Shown here: piece after piece, positions 13,731 through 25,674 of the stretch
How the letters are laid out: each line of letters opens with the position of its first letter
How positions within the stretch are numbered: the stretch's first letter is position 1
NCBI GenBank assembly: GCA_008632985.1
Contig: QPGO01000107.1
Coordinates: 1-64,000 of the forward strand
Direction of reading: 5' to 3'
Source of the DNA: Psammoneis japonica
Lineage: Eukaryota
Length of the DNA: 64,000 nucleotides
Position numbers and translations under genes: made by a program
The notes under the pieces: model-generated
What the model was told of the DNA's origin: nothing
Databases searched by the model: none
The model's input: the letters and a program-made list of their open reading frames with translations, nothing else

Positions 13731-14448
13731 TCATTCGCAACATGTGACGTGATCCAAAAAACTCTTTGTGCCACAGTGCAGTGGCACAAGGTTCTGCCTG
13801 GAGCTGGAATGCATCACAGATGGCACCTGCCATGAAGGGCAGTTGTGCAGTTGGACAAGAGTGCTTGGGGGAAATCTGCTCTTTCAAGACATCCATGGTT
13901 TCTTGGTTTGGCAAAAACTGCACACCCAAGCAAGTGGAGAAGACCAGCATTGTGCACCAAGCCACTCATTTGCAAGCAAAGGTGAGGTGATTCAAAGAAG
14001 TTGGCAGCACCTCCAGGCTGCAAAGAGAGTTGCTGTGTGAGAACAAAGAGTGCTCTCTGAGCAGAAAATGAAAACACAAAATCAGCCATTTTTCGTGCAT
14101 GTGAGAAAGTGACAGCACAACACATGTGAGGGCCTTGCTTGACATTGAAAAAGCTGGAGAGTGCAAATGCACAGTGATGTTTTGTTTGTCACCTTGATGG
14201 TGTGTGCCTCCTTTTTGTTGGTGATGTTCAGAGCACATGTCGTGCCACAAAGCTCCAGCTTGTCCAGGGGCCCTTCGCTGGATTTGGAGCCATGGGGTGT
14301 GGAGAGAGCAGCATTTCTTGCCAGCTGCAGCACCCCCTTGTTGCTCAGCTGTGCACACCAAAGTGCAGCATGGCTGTGAGTTGTGTGTGCTGTGTCGGGT
14401 GCTGGCTTTGCTGTTGCAGCTGTGCCACATTAAAAAAAGACGTCGATG

Positions 14449-14530
14449 GACGGCTGATGCTCAAACGCTGGAGCTTGCAAGCAGTGGTGTCGGGGACGGC
14501 TGACACTCAAACGCTGGAGCTTGCAAGCAG
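14449..14530. repeat. Short tandem duplication (about 46-bp period)
   Basis: GACGGCTGA(TG/CA)CTCAAACGCTGGAGCTTGCAAGCAG twice; the copies differ as TG versus CA at one site. Confidence 0.8.
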
Positions 14531-15230
14531 CGCCACACACGCAAGCAGCGCCACACACACAAGCAACAAGCACTGTGCTTGCAGCAGCAGAGAGCAACCA
14601 AGTTGTGCAGAGTCATGGCATCTGAGCAGCGCACTCAACGTGGCAGCCCCTTGTTCTTTTTTGCATCACCACTGCCAGCAACAAGAGCTTCCAAGTCTGG
14701 CAGGGAGGGGCCCATGATGATGCATTGTTTCTTGCGGTTTTGGTCACGTCGAGATGCAAGAAGTCAGAACGCGAAATTTGCCCATTGTCAAGAATGCTCA
14801 ACGCCACGCGAAGGGAACCAAGCCGATCGATCCGAAAAACTGAACATTGTTGCGTTCGGCATGCAGGATTGTCACTCCTGTTGTAAACTTTAACGGTTCT
14901 GTTATTTTTACAAGCATTAATGTCTGTATATTGTTGCCTTCGGTATGCAGGATTGTCACTCCACACCACATCACATGCCATGACACACGACTCAGAAACG
15001 CGCAGTATCGTAGAGCCCTCGTACCATACTGTAGTACGAGTATTTGCTGTAATACAGTAGTCCTCGTCGGTCGTCGTCGATGTTTTCTGCACAGAACACA
15101 AAAATACATTGTTGGGAAACGTGGATCTACAAGAAGGAACAAGTCGCAGAAAAAGATGAACACCGGTCTTCTTTTCCGACAACGCTTAAGGAGAAAAAGA
15201 CGTGGCTGCGTATCAACGGCGGCCTCCACC

Positions 15231-16114
15231 ATGATGTCATCATCATCGCTAGTAGCAGTTGAGCAGGGTAATGACAAGAAAACACAAGTCAATGAGAAAA
15301 GAACACAAGTCAACGATCGCATTGCACTGCGGATGGAACTGACGAACCAAAGCAGTCTCCTCGATAATGTCGTCGTCGCCTCCGGAAGTGACAATGATGA
15401 AAGCAATCATGCTCATGATCAGCACTACGGCGCTGCTGGAGACGACGACATGATAATCCAAGAACCACCACGAAGGCTCCGCAGTTCCACAGATGATGCT
15501 ACTAGGGAACGGACGTCTCATGTGATAGAAGTTCCAACTAACACGGGTCTTCAGATGAGAAAGACGATGATGCACAAAAGATGGCAGGGAATGATGATGC
15601 CTTCCGACATCATTGCCAATCTTCTTCTGCTTCCTGTTCTGACAAAAGAACGAAACTGAAAACAACCCAAAAACTTGCCGAAACAATGATTAGCCCCGAG
15701 GTTGAAGCTGCTGCTGCGGCTGCCACTATTGCATGGCCGAGGATACCGACACAGAAATCATGTCGTAGTAGGGGACGTATATGGGGAATACCTTACAACT
15801 CCGATGACGATGAAGACGCCTATACTTCTTCAGAAGACGAGGACCAGCAAGAGCAAGACGATGCACAAAAGAAGATGGCAGGGGATGATGATGCCCCCCG
15901 AATAAATCGTCGCCCTTCTTCTTGTCGTGCTGAGACAAGAGCGAAACTGAAAGCCCAACTTGCCGAAAAGGTCAGCCCAGAGTTCGCAGATGCCTTCATG
16001 TCAAGTCCGATGATACAAACACCGACACAAACATCATGTCGTAGTGGGGGGCGTATATGGGGAATACCATACAACTCTGATGACGACGATGAAGATGCTG
16101 ATTTCCCTTATTAG
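15231..16114 (+). CDS. Hypothetical low-complexity protein with an internal duplication (frameshifted or pseudogene)
   Basis: ORFs 14847..15659 and 15581..16114 overlap. Peptides SCRS.GRIWGIPYNSDDD and MAG.DDA each occur twice (about 280-bp period). TpA content normal. Confidence 0.4.
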
Positions 16115-17039
16115 TCTCTAGCTGGACACTATCACACCATACAAAGTTGGAGGAGAGGAGTCGCTCACAACAAAGTCACCACAATTTCAATGAGTAACAG
16201 CAAATTATTGTTTCACTATTTCTAGTCGTCGACGCTTCTTGTAGTAAATCGACAATGGCCACCACCACGACGGCAATCAAACTGCTCAATAGATAATGGT
16301 TGTCCAGACTTTCCAACTTTGTCGAGCTTCGGATCGGTGGGAACAGAAAAGATCACAATTCAGTGTCACTGTGGCACGCAAGAGTTTCGATGATGATTCT
16401 CCTGTATAATTCTTTCGTTTCTGAATGGCACCAATCTCGTAACATTCTTTTACATACTCTTCTATCTAAGACAGAAATGCCGGAATGAGGTCGATATCCG
16501 ACGAACTCTACGAATCAAGGACATGGTATCAGACATCGTCATACCTTTCTGTGATGGATGTTGCTATGATTGAAAAGGAAGGAAAACATGAGAGTCATTG
16601 AAAGGTTTATGACCATATCTTGCTTCCACCATCATTTGGGAAGCTTGTTTCATGTTAAAAACGTACCTTATGAGATAAAAGGCAACACATGTCACGGATC
16701 ACGATTGGCCTCGTTGACAATGCACGAGTACACTTCCATGGCAAAGACCCGTGGATATAAATCCAAGAGTGGAATTCGCATGATTTAACAGGTCGGACGT
16801 TGTTGCATCGTAGACGGGTATTCGCTTGTGAGCAGAGGTACGGGAAGACTCAAAGAAATTGGCAACACCCGACTACAGCATCAGCACCGCCCGTTTTGGT
16901 AAAGATCGCCATGGTGAAGAGAAGAAGAGGGGCCTGCATGATGATTGAGAGTAGTAAGACGTAAGACGATGCTTGATTGATCCGTCAACTTTAACCCTTC
17001 AACCACCGGACTTGAGCAAATCTCCACGGGTGGAGATTT

Positions 17040-19763
17040 AAAAGACTGGCCACATAGAAAGGTGCTAACGGAGCTCGAAATAGCTCGTATGGTCGATTTT
17101 GAGGTATGGATACCGATGGAAAGCTCTTGATCTCAGCTCTTCAGCGATGTATGTGTCAATGGCTGGCAATGCTTCCTTGACATTTTATTAGCCATAAACT
17201 AAATTAACGGCTTGAATTGTTTACTATGAGTGTTTTGACCGTTGAGGAATTGCGCGAAATAACATACCAAGAAAGTCACGTACACAAGTTGTATAAAAGC
17301 ATATAATTTTTAAGATTATATAAGTCTATACAAATTATTAAGCACTTTACATAAGGTTCGAATTTGAAATTCTCTTGGTGGAGGCAACAAGAGCAAAAGC
17401 AAAAGCGTCACAAAAAAATGGCGCGGCCGAAACTAACCAAAGGCGTCAAGGACGATGAGGCGGCAGAAAAGTTCTACGATTGGCTTTCCGACCCTAACGA
17501 GTCTCCCATTTTCCATGAATGTTGTGTCCAGGTGACTGCAAAGAAACCTGCGAAATGTCAGTGTCTGCAGAAGCTAAGAGCAACGTTGGAGAACAACGAC
17601 ACCTCCATCGTGAAAATGTTGAGCAACTGCCTCGTGCACTTTGAAAGACTGTGGTGCACAGAAACACATGCTGCTTTTACATCCTGGATTAAATGTTCTA
17701 CTTTCATTCAGAAGCGTGCGTGCAAGGGTGATTGTCGCTGCTTTGTTTTGCCGCTGTTGAAAACTGACGACAATGACGAGGAGGAGGCGGAGGAGGGGAC
17801 GCCACCGGACGATCATCTGGTCTGCTACAGTGCCCTCCTTGCATTGCCAGGCAAAGGGAGAAAGTTCTGGAGAACCGCCAAGTTGAGTGCAAAGAGCAGC
17901 GTCTTTCCGAAACATGGTCTCAAAGGGAAGACTGGGCAGAACGCGAACAAGACGCTTGCACCCGAAATGCACACAGCCCTTCACGCACATTTTGATGACA
18001 CAAAGGAACTTTCTGAGCCACGTGCAACGAGACTGGTTAGAGAAGAGACAGGTGTCGGCTTGAGAGATGAAGACATGTGCGACTTGCCTCCCACCGTGAA
18101 AAAGCGTGGATTGCACAAACGGCACGGACAAGAAAATGGTTGGACCCTCAAATCAAACCACAAAGGCAAGTTTCTTAAGGTGGAACCAATCGAAGGAGAA
18201 GACCAGCAACCAATGTGCTCCTGGGCACAATTTTGCAAGTTCTGGAAAAAGAGCTGTCCTGAAATTGTCGTGAGAAGGCCCACTCGTGACATCTGCGATG
18301 AATGCCACAAGTTCGCAAACAGCTTCAGGATGAAAGCGATGAAAGAAAAGACGGGGGGTGAGAGCGACGACGACGAGGATGAGGAGGAGGAGAGCGATGA
18401 TGATGAAGAAGATGGAGCAGATGCAGAGGTGAGAATGAAAGAGATTGAAGAACAGGAAAATGAAATGTCACACGCCGCAAAGCACGTCGAGTGGGCTCGA
18501 AAGCAACGGACACTCGTGCAACAGCACATTTCAGAAGCGATGGAACACGCAAAAGCCGACAAGGCACACGGCAAGCAAACTTGCGCAAGGATTGGTGGCC
18601 ATTGTCAAAATGGTGGGCTTCCACATTTTGGGGCGGATCAGCCAGGGGAGATGCACTGCTTCTCTCCTTTGACGATCAATGTGATTGGGGTTGCCGATCC
18701 TGCGGGGAAAAAAGTTGTGACGGTGACGGAAGATGAGTTCAAGGATTTTTTGCATGCATGCGTCTGCCATGAGGGCACTGGCCAAAAGGGAGGTGACAAT
18801 GTTGCTTCCCTTGTGATGAAGCACTTGCATGATGGTGGATTGTTGGACATCAGCAAGGGTCCAGGCGGAAAGCTCGCATTGATTTTTGACAACTGCATCG
18901 GGCAAAACAAAAACAACATGGCATTGAGACTTGCTTCTCACCTGGTGGAACAAGGACATTTCAAAGAAGTGAGCATTGTTTTTTTGATAAAAGGGCACAC
19001 CAAGAATGCCTGTGACAGGCTCTTCAACAGCCTCAAGCAAACTCACCGTGACAAGAACATCGGCACGTTCCGCAAACTCTTGACAGCCTTGGACACCTCC
19101 GAATGCGTTCAGGTCGTTGAAGTGAAGGAGGAGGATTTTGTGGGGCATGGAGCGCATTTTGACCAACATTGCAAGAAGCACAGTGCAGTTGCGAAGCACC
19201 ACTGCTTTGAAGTGACAGATTCTTCGGAACCTGCGGTAGTGACAATGAAAGCAGCGGACGGTGAGCCAGAAGTTAGCGAGGATCTCAAGAAGAGGAAGAC
19301 AGAATCGAGCGAGCAACGAAAACAGAACTTGCAAATGTCACAACCACTTGCCTTGACAGCTCCAGGTGTCAAGGATGTCAAGAAGGTCGAGCTTTGTGCC
19401 AAGTGTCAGCCGCTTCTTGACAAGGCAGACCAAGATGAGATGTGCCCTCATCCTGGAGACGACGTCCTCAATCGCGTTGCGAAAAGCAAGAGAGAGAAGC
19501 GGAAGAACAAGCAGGCGGAGAGCACTGAGCAGATGGCGCGAAACAAGAAAAAGAAAAACCGCCAAAGCCAGCGCAGTTCTTTCGGAGAGGGATGCAAATA
19601 AAAATCAATGGCAGTCCTTGTGTGCATGTGAATTTTATGCAATGTTTTATGTTGACACTTTAATTGTTTGACATCGCTCAAAAATCTTGTAAGTGCCATT
19701 TTCTCGAAATAAATTTTGAGAGCTCGAGAGCGCGCGTTAGCACCTTTTTATGTGGCCAGTCTC
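17040..19763 (+). mobile_element. Sola-like DNA transposon with 27-bp TIRs
   Basis: AGACTGGCCACATAGAAAGGTGCTAAC (17043) matches the reverse complement of GTTAGCACCTTTTTATGTGGCCAGTCT (ending 19762) at 26/27. Flanked by ATTT on both sides; left junction imprecise by about 2 nt. Confidence 0.8.
17418..19601 (+). pseudogene. DDD transposase (Sola-like), frame open but TpA-converted
   Basis: Motifs PTRDICDEC, IFDNCIGQNKNN, FLIKGHTKNACDRLF. Only 2 Tyr in the 745-aa ORF. Confidence 0.8.
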
Positions 19764-20179
19764 ATTTGCTCCCTTGTGTCACAAATGCAGTAAATGAAGC
19801 AATTTCAGATGCGTGGATGATGTTTAATTCGCGCGATTTTGTTTTTTGGAACGCGCACTCGCCGAAAATCTCATCCATGAACAGATGTGGAGAGGAACTA
19901 AATCTCAACCTTTGACAATGCAGGTTGTCATGAATTGCTGTCACAAATGGACCAACAATGCCACACCCTTGGAGCAAATCTCCACCTTGGAGCAAATCTC
20001 CACCGGTGGAGATTTGCTCCCAACAAGCAAATGCACGTGGTGTGCTTTGCGCAGATTCTGCGCGACATGACATTTTCGTGCTGTGTTCATTGCATTGTCA
20101 CAAAATTGCATGACACGTCACACAGCAGAGCAAATCTCCACCCATGGAGATTTGCTCCCCTGGTGGTTGAAGGGTTGAG

Positions 20180-21935
20180 CTTTGCTCGGAATCAGTTCCT
20201 GACTTCTCAGCAAGGCTGTTGAACAACAAAAGAGCAGATTTTCTTTCTCTCTCCACTGAAGCTTTGGACTCCCACATGCATGTCGCAAATGCCACGAAGG
20301 CGCGGATGCAATCATCTGAGAAATGGAAATGCATTCGCAATTCTGGACAACTGAAAGTCGTTCCCATTCGTCCCCAACCTGATCCTGTCAACTCTAAAGC
20401 TTGGTGTCGTGCACCAAGACACATTTAGACGACATGCTCGTGACCATTTTGTCCTTCCTCTGCCCCTTTTTTTGCCAGTTTTTGCGTCTCATTACGACCA
20501 TGTTTGGACACCATTCCAAGATGGACACCGACAAAGACCAAGAGGAGCCCAACAACATGCACCCTTCCACATGGTTTGGCAAATGGAAGAAAGCTGAGCA
20601 CGATTGTGACAATCTTTCGGGCATTCGTCAGCAAAGCACCGGCAACTCCACCATGATCACAAATCACTGTGAGATGGCAGCGCAATCCAAAACATGCGCA
20701 CCAACCCTGAAGAGCAAGCACTTTCAACACAAGCGGGTTCTCTCTGCAGAAGCTGACTCCGTTTTGCAATTCACCGGAAGCCAACGTGTGGCAGGTGAGG
20801 ATGAAAGCCATGCACAAGTTTGACAAAAACACCATGTCTGCCGTCAAACTTTTGCTTGTTGTGGCAATTTTTCTTGCAGGTTGGGCACAACAGAATCAAG
20901 GCAGGTTGAAAGAAGGAGCAACAAAGGTCCGACATGTGCTGTCGACATTTCATTTGAGCTGGTGCTTTTTCCTGGGGATTCTGCGAATGAGAGCAAGAAA
21001 AACCCAGCGCACATGATGAGCCCAACAACGTGCTCAATTGTGGAGTGCCTCCGTCCTGTGAAACAAACTCCCAAGGCCATTGCAGGGATCGCGGTGTAAA
21101 CCCTTTCAGTTGGCAAAACCACAGCATGCTGCAGTGCTTGGCACAAAATTGCGCACGCACTTCACCGTGTTAAAAAATGGCAACCACGGCGAAAGCACGA
21201 AGGAAAGAGACAATCTGTTGTCTGCCCTGTTTAACGCTGGGATGTGTCTTGACTGTGCAAACTGATTGAATGGACATGCTTGACAATGCACAATCATTTT
21301 CCACCAAAGGAACACTTTGTCAGTTGTTCAGAGTCTCACAAAGCATCGCTGGTTAATTGCCAGTGATTTGCGCAGCAATTTGGCGAGCGACTCACCGCAC
21401 TTTGCCGTTGTGAAACAAGGATTGTCCAAAATTTTCGATTTGACATCTCCAGCAGCAAAAGTTTTGAGCTGCACAACCTTTTCATGTGTCAAGCAACAGT
21501 TGTGTGACATCAAACCGCTTGCATTGCTCATGTGGACGTTCTCCACCCCTCAAACTTTTCACCGCACTTTCATCACGTAACTTTGATTTGCAACACGGTG
21601 AAGTGTTGACACAGAATTCTGCGCAGTTTGTGTGCAGCATGTTGTGGTGGCACATCTGCCTCCTGCAGGGCGTCAGACAGAAGGTCGCTCGAAAATGAGA
21701 CCACCCAAAATCACAATGCTGACTTCTGCTGAGAGTCATGAACCAACCAAAATTAAACGCATCAAAACGAAATGCTCTTTCTTGGAATGCATCGTGTCCA
21801 ACATGGCCCAGAAACACACCAATGACCAAGAATGGAAGGGTTTGACTTTTGTCATCATTTGCTTCTGCTGCACCTTCTTTGACTGGCCTTGTTGTTGACA
21901 GCACAGTCAAGCAATCACGCCATGATGATGCGACC
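20180..21935 (-). pseudogene. Mutated duplicate of the nucleotide-sugar transporter gene at 25675-26778
   Basis: Colinear with about 25445-26732. Carries a frameshift, a deletion at GGA microhomology near 21088, an insertion, and systematic TA-to-TG/CA changes. Confidence 0.93.
21098..21648. mobile_element. About 550-bp MITE-like insertion within the transporter pseudogene
   Basis: Interrupts the alignment to the intact gene. Begins AAACCCTT; ACCACAGCATGCTGCA near the left end is an inverted match to TGCAGCATGTTGTGGT at the right end. Confidence 0.55.
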
Positions 21936-23835
21936 GACCACAACAAAAATGGGCAACATGCCACGGCACATTCATGCCCCATTTGTGATGGCTTTTGTCC
22001 ATCAATCACAACACTGTTCAATGTGTTGACAATGTTGATTGAACGGGATCTGTGGCACAAAATGCAAGATGAAATGTGGTTGCACATGTGCAGAATGCCA
22101 GTGCAATTGAGTCATCAGTCGTTGGTTTTTCGTCGTGCAGCCACAGATGCAAGCCACAAGGTGCACAGCAAAGGCTGGGAAAAGCAGAAGCACGCACAGC
22201 TGACAACAACAATGTGGTGGATTGAATGATCTCCCTCATGTTCTTCCAATTTGCACATCTCATGTGCAGAATGAAGGGGGTCATTTGGATCACTCTTTTG
22301 TCATGCATTCAGAAAGGCAAGCCATGAGGTGTCTGGTGTGAAGGATGAGGCAAAAGCAGAATTGCACATGGTTGACAAAAACATGGCAGATTGATTGACA
22401 ATGTTCGCTCTTCTCTTTGACCCATCTCATGTGCAGAATTCCTTTTTGTGTCATGTGGTCACAAATGATGCAAACCACAATGGCTCTAGAGCAAAGCCAA
22501 GGCAAAAACAGAGCCGCACATGAGCAATGTCAACATTTGTGACCCAATGGCAAAGTTCATTCTTCCCTTGCTCTGCCACAAGGGGGTGCTTTGTGTTGAT
22601 TTGTCGATGCATCCGTCATGGTTGGCGGCGGCAGAGCATGGCTTCATTTCCATTCATTCTGGTTGAATGTGGAAAAAGGCACACCCACCCTCACAAAACA
22701 AGACAGGAATTGCCACGCTGCACTCATTTTTTGTTCCTTCCCCTGACCCCTTTCAGTCGTTCCTTCCTGCCAAATTATCCTCATTTCCCGGGCATTCCCA
22801 AAAGGGCAAGGCAATTGCCCCTTGCCCTTGCCATTTTGGGGAATCCCCAAACGGGCAAAACCAAGCCAAGCACTGTGCCTGTTCCACGCAAACCTTGGCA
22901 CACAACGCACAAACCTGGGCTTCCATGGTTCCTCAAATGCCTCACTGCAGCTGGCCCACAACACAGCACACACCTCAGCTGTGACCAAACCAACATCCTT
23001 GCATCCATTGCCAGCACCTCTTCCCTTCCTGACCTGTCCCCTGCCAGTGCCACTGCCCTGTGCCAAGCCCCACCCTTCCTCAATCACCCCACTGACAACC
23101 CAGCTCTCTCTCCTGAAATCACCACTGGCCACAAATTTTTTGGCCAATGAGTTGGCAGCACCAACTTTGCTTGCACCTTTTTGGAACAAAAGGCCACCAC
23201 TGTCTGCATCAACCTCGGTGCCATCTCTCACTCCACCTCCACAACATCCAAGCCAAGAGCTTCCTGTGCCACACCTGCTGGTGTGCCACATCTCTTTCTT
23301 CCTCCTTCCTGCATGGCCCAAGAAAAACTGCACTGCCTGCACCAATGCCCAACTCTCTCCATCTGGCCTTTTTCCCACGCCACAGCTTCCTGGACCACCA
23401 TCACCCTCCACCAGATCCGGCCTCAGCGCCCAACATCAAGCCACTGCTCCCAACCAATGATGCGAGTGGGGCCTTCAAAGCCTCAGCCTCACCATCACCA
23501 AATCTCTCACTGACCAACTCCTGTGCCACTCCACCAAACTTCACACCCAACTTGCTGATCCCACTTAAAACCCTCACGTTCCCTGCTGCCCACATGACGC
23601 CGTGCCGTGCCGGCCGTTTCGCCCCATCACGCCGTCTGTGCACCACACCGCACCACTGGCAGGTGACGTTGCACTCGAACTCCTCATGAGCGACACGCGG
23701 TACCGGCGGTACCGTAGATTAGTCATGTTTTCCACCTTGTTCCACCCATCAACGATCAACGAAAACCCCTCCCACTTTCATTGTCCATCGTAATCCAGCC
23801 AAGATGTCAAGTGAGCGAAAGATCCAGTTGAAGAA

Positions 23836-24786
23836 ATGCGGAGGGTGATGAGAAAGGAGTTGACTGACTCCGAGGCTTCATGCTTGTTCTCAACGTTCAG
23901 TTCACAAGCTCTGCTGATTGCAGATGGACGTGCCAAGGATCGTGATATTGCGACTCTCTACATGAAAATCCAGCGAATGGTCAAAACGGCAACCAAGACC
24001 AAACTTGTGTCTGCTTACAGCTTCGACGGCTTGGTGCCTATGTCCTTTGGACAAGGAAGCACTGTTCTGCAATATGTGATAAACGGTTCCGAGCTTAACT
24101 GCGCGAAAATCGGCGATGTTGCGACCATCAGCAAAGAGGTTAGAGTAGCGAGACTGGTGCATGAAAACCAGCAGTGTCCTTCCGTCATGCATGTGATTGA
24201 TACCGTTGAAATCAGCGACTCAAGGCTGGCAATGATTGCTCCATTCTATCCATTGCCCCTCTCGCACATGGACATGGACGTACAGGAAAATACAGTTGTT
24301 AACATGGCCTTATGTGCATTGGCAACAATAAAGGCTTTCTCCAACAAAAATCTCTGCCATGGGGATATCAAGCCATCCAACATGATGTTTCAGGCCGGTA
24401 GTAGGACGATCGTCACGATTGACTTTGGGTCCACGGTGCAGTATGGAGAACCACTCTTGGCCACATCTCCAATGTTTGCACTGGATTGCCCAACCGAGGG
24501 ATCGCTTCACTATGATCTTGCATGTCTCGCAACATCGATCATATTCCTGCTGGGGAACAGCTTGGATGAATTTAGTTCTCGAGCGCAAGCCAGAGAGTGG
24601 CTGAAAACTCGCCAAGGCACTCACTACACAATCGCATCGCTTTGCTTGAATCCTGACGTAGAATCCGTGGATTCCATATGGCAAAGATGTAATCAGGTGG
24701 TGAATGTCATGCACGCAGATTCGGATTGGATTGTTGACTGTGATGCAGTGTGGCCGACTACTGATGTAAATTCATTAATCCACTAG
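23836..24786 (+). CDS. Protein kinase-like protein
   Basis: CAKIG (VAIK-like), HGDIKPSN catalytic loop, DFG. Normal Tyr/TpA content. True start uncertain. Confidence 0.75.
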   Translation: MRRVMRKELTDSEASCLFSTFSSQALLIADGRAKDRDIATLYMKIQRMVKTATKTKLVSAYSFDGLVPMSFGQGSTVLQYVINGSELNCAKIGDVATISKEVRVARLVHENQQCPSVMHVIDTVEISDSRLAMIAPFYPLPLSHMDMDVQENTVVNMALCALATIKAFSNKNLCHGDIKPSNMMFQAGSRTIVTIDFGSTVQYGEPLLATSPMFALDCPTEGSLHYDLACLATSIIFLLGNSLDEFSSRAQAREWLKTRQGTHYTIASLCLNPDVESVDSIWQRCNQVVNVMHADSDWIVDCDAVWPTTDVNSLIH

Positions 24787-25674
24787 AGAGTCGTCTTGGC
24801 AGAAAAATATTCGGCATATTTGGGACTGAGTATTCATTGATTTAAGCATTTCTGATTCAAAAACAACAAGTACCCAACGTCACCTCGAACAACAATGACG
24901 ATGCTACAAAGATATGTGACGAAGTCAGCAGGTGAATTTGATGCAGAGACAAGAAATTTCCCGAGAAGAAATTTGCTGTTCCATAGTGGATTCATTCAAG
25001 TTGTGTTGCCACTCTCTAGATTAAATACCGAAGTGGTTGGAGGTTTTGTAAAACTTGTGCAAGAATCGGCGCATCGACCGCTGGATAATAAGTTAGGGCC
25101 CTAGTGCTCTCAACAATTGTCTGTCAAAGTATGTTGTGTGCGACAGAACTTGGCTTAAATTCTTGCGCTGCTTTACTTTCATAGAAAATGTAGAGATGAG
25201 CTGTCGCATAACGTCTTCTTGATGCTGCAAGGTAAGTAATAAACTTTCGAGAGGACCCAATCCTCCCTGTTCGATAGTACAAGTACGGTACCGCTGTTAA
25301 CCTCTATTTTATTATGGAAGAATGCAAAAAATTCCGAGAACACCAGGCTCGACAAATTCTTATCGAAGTCGAAGCAGCTCGTGGAACGAAAGGAAGCTCT
25401 CTCTGCATTGGAATCTCAAATTACCAGAGCAAACATGTACGTCAGCGTTGCTCGGAATCAGTTCCACCTCGCAACATGGCGGGTGAGTAACAAAGGAAGA
25501 GCGTTTCTCTCTCTCTCTCTCTCTGAAGGTTTGGGCTCCCAGGTATGTCGCAAACACCACGAAGGCGCGGAGGTAGTCAATTGAGAACTGGAAATGTATT
25601 CGTAAGTCCGCTCCCATCCATCCCCAACCTGATCCCACTAACTCTAAAGCTTGATATCGTGCACAAATATACTT

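Larger units (their letters stand above)
16995..20174. mobile_element. Non-autonomous TTAA-targeting (piggyBac-like) TIR element, about 450 bp, split by a nested transposon
   Basis: Left end TTAA|CCCTTCAACCACC...GAGCAAATCTCCACGGGTGGAGATTT; right end ...AAATCTCCACCCATGGAGATTTGCTC..GGTGGTTGAAGGG|TTGA. Palindromic GAGCAAATCTCC/GGAGATTTGCTC subterminal repeats also at 19970-20020. Confidence 0.8.

Noticed and set aside
22500..23700. Pro/Thr-rich ORFs as real genes
   Set aside because: They lie in TpA- and CpG-depleted DNA with several open frames and no recognisable domain.
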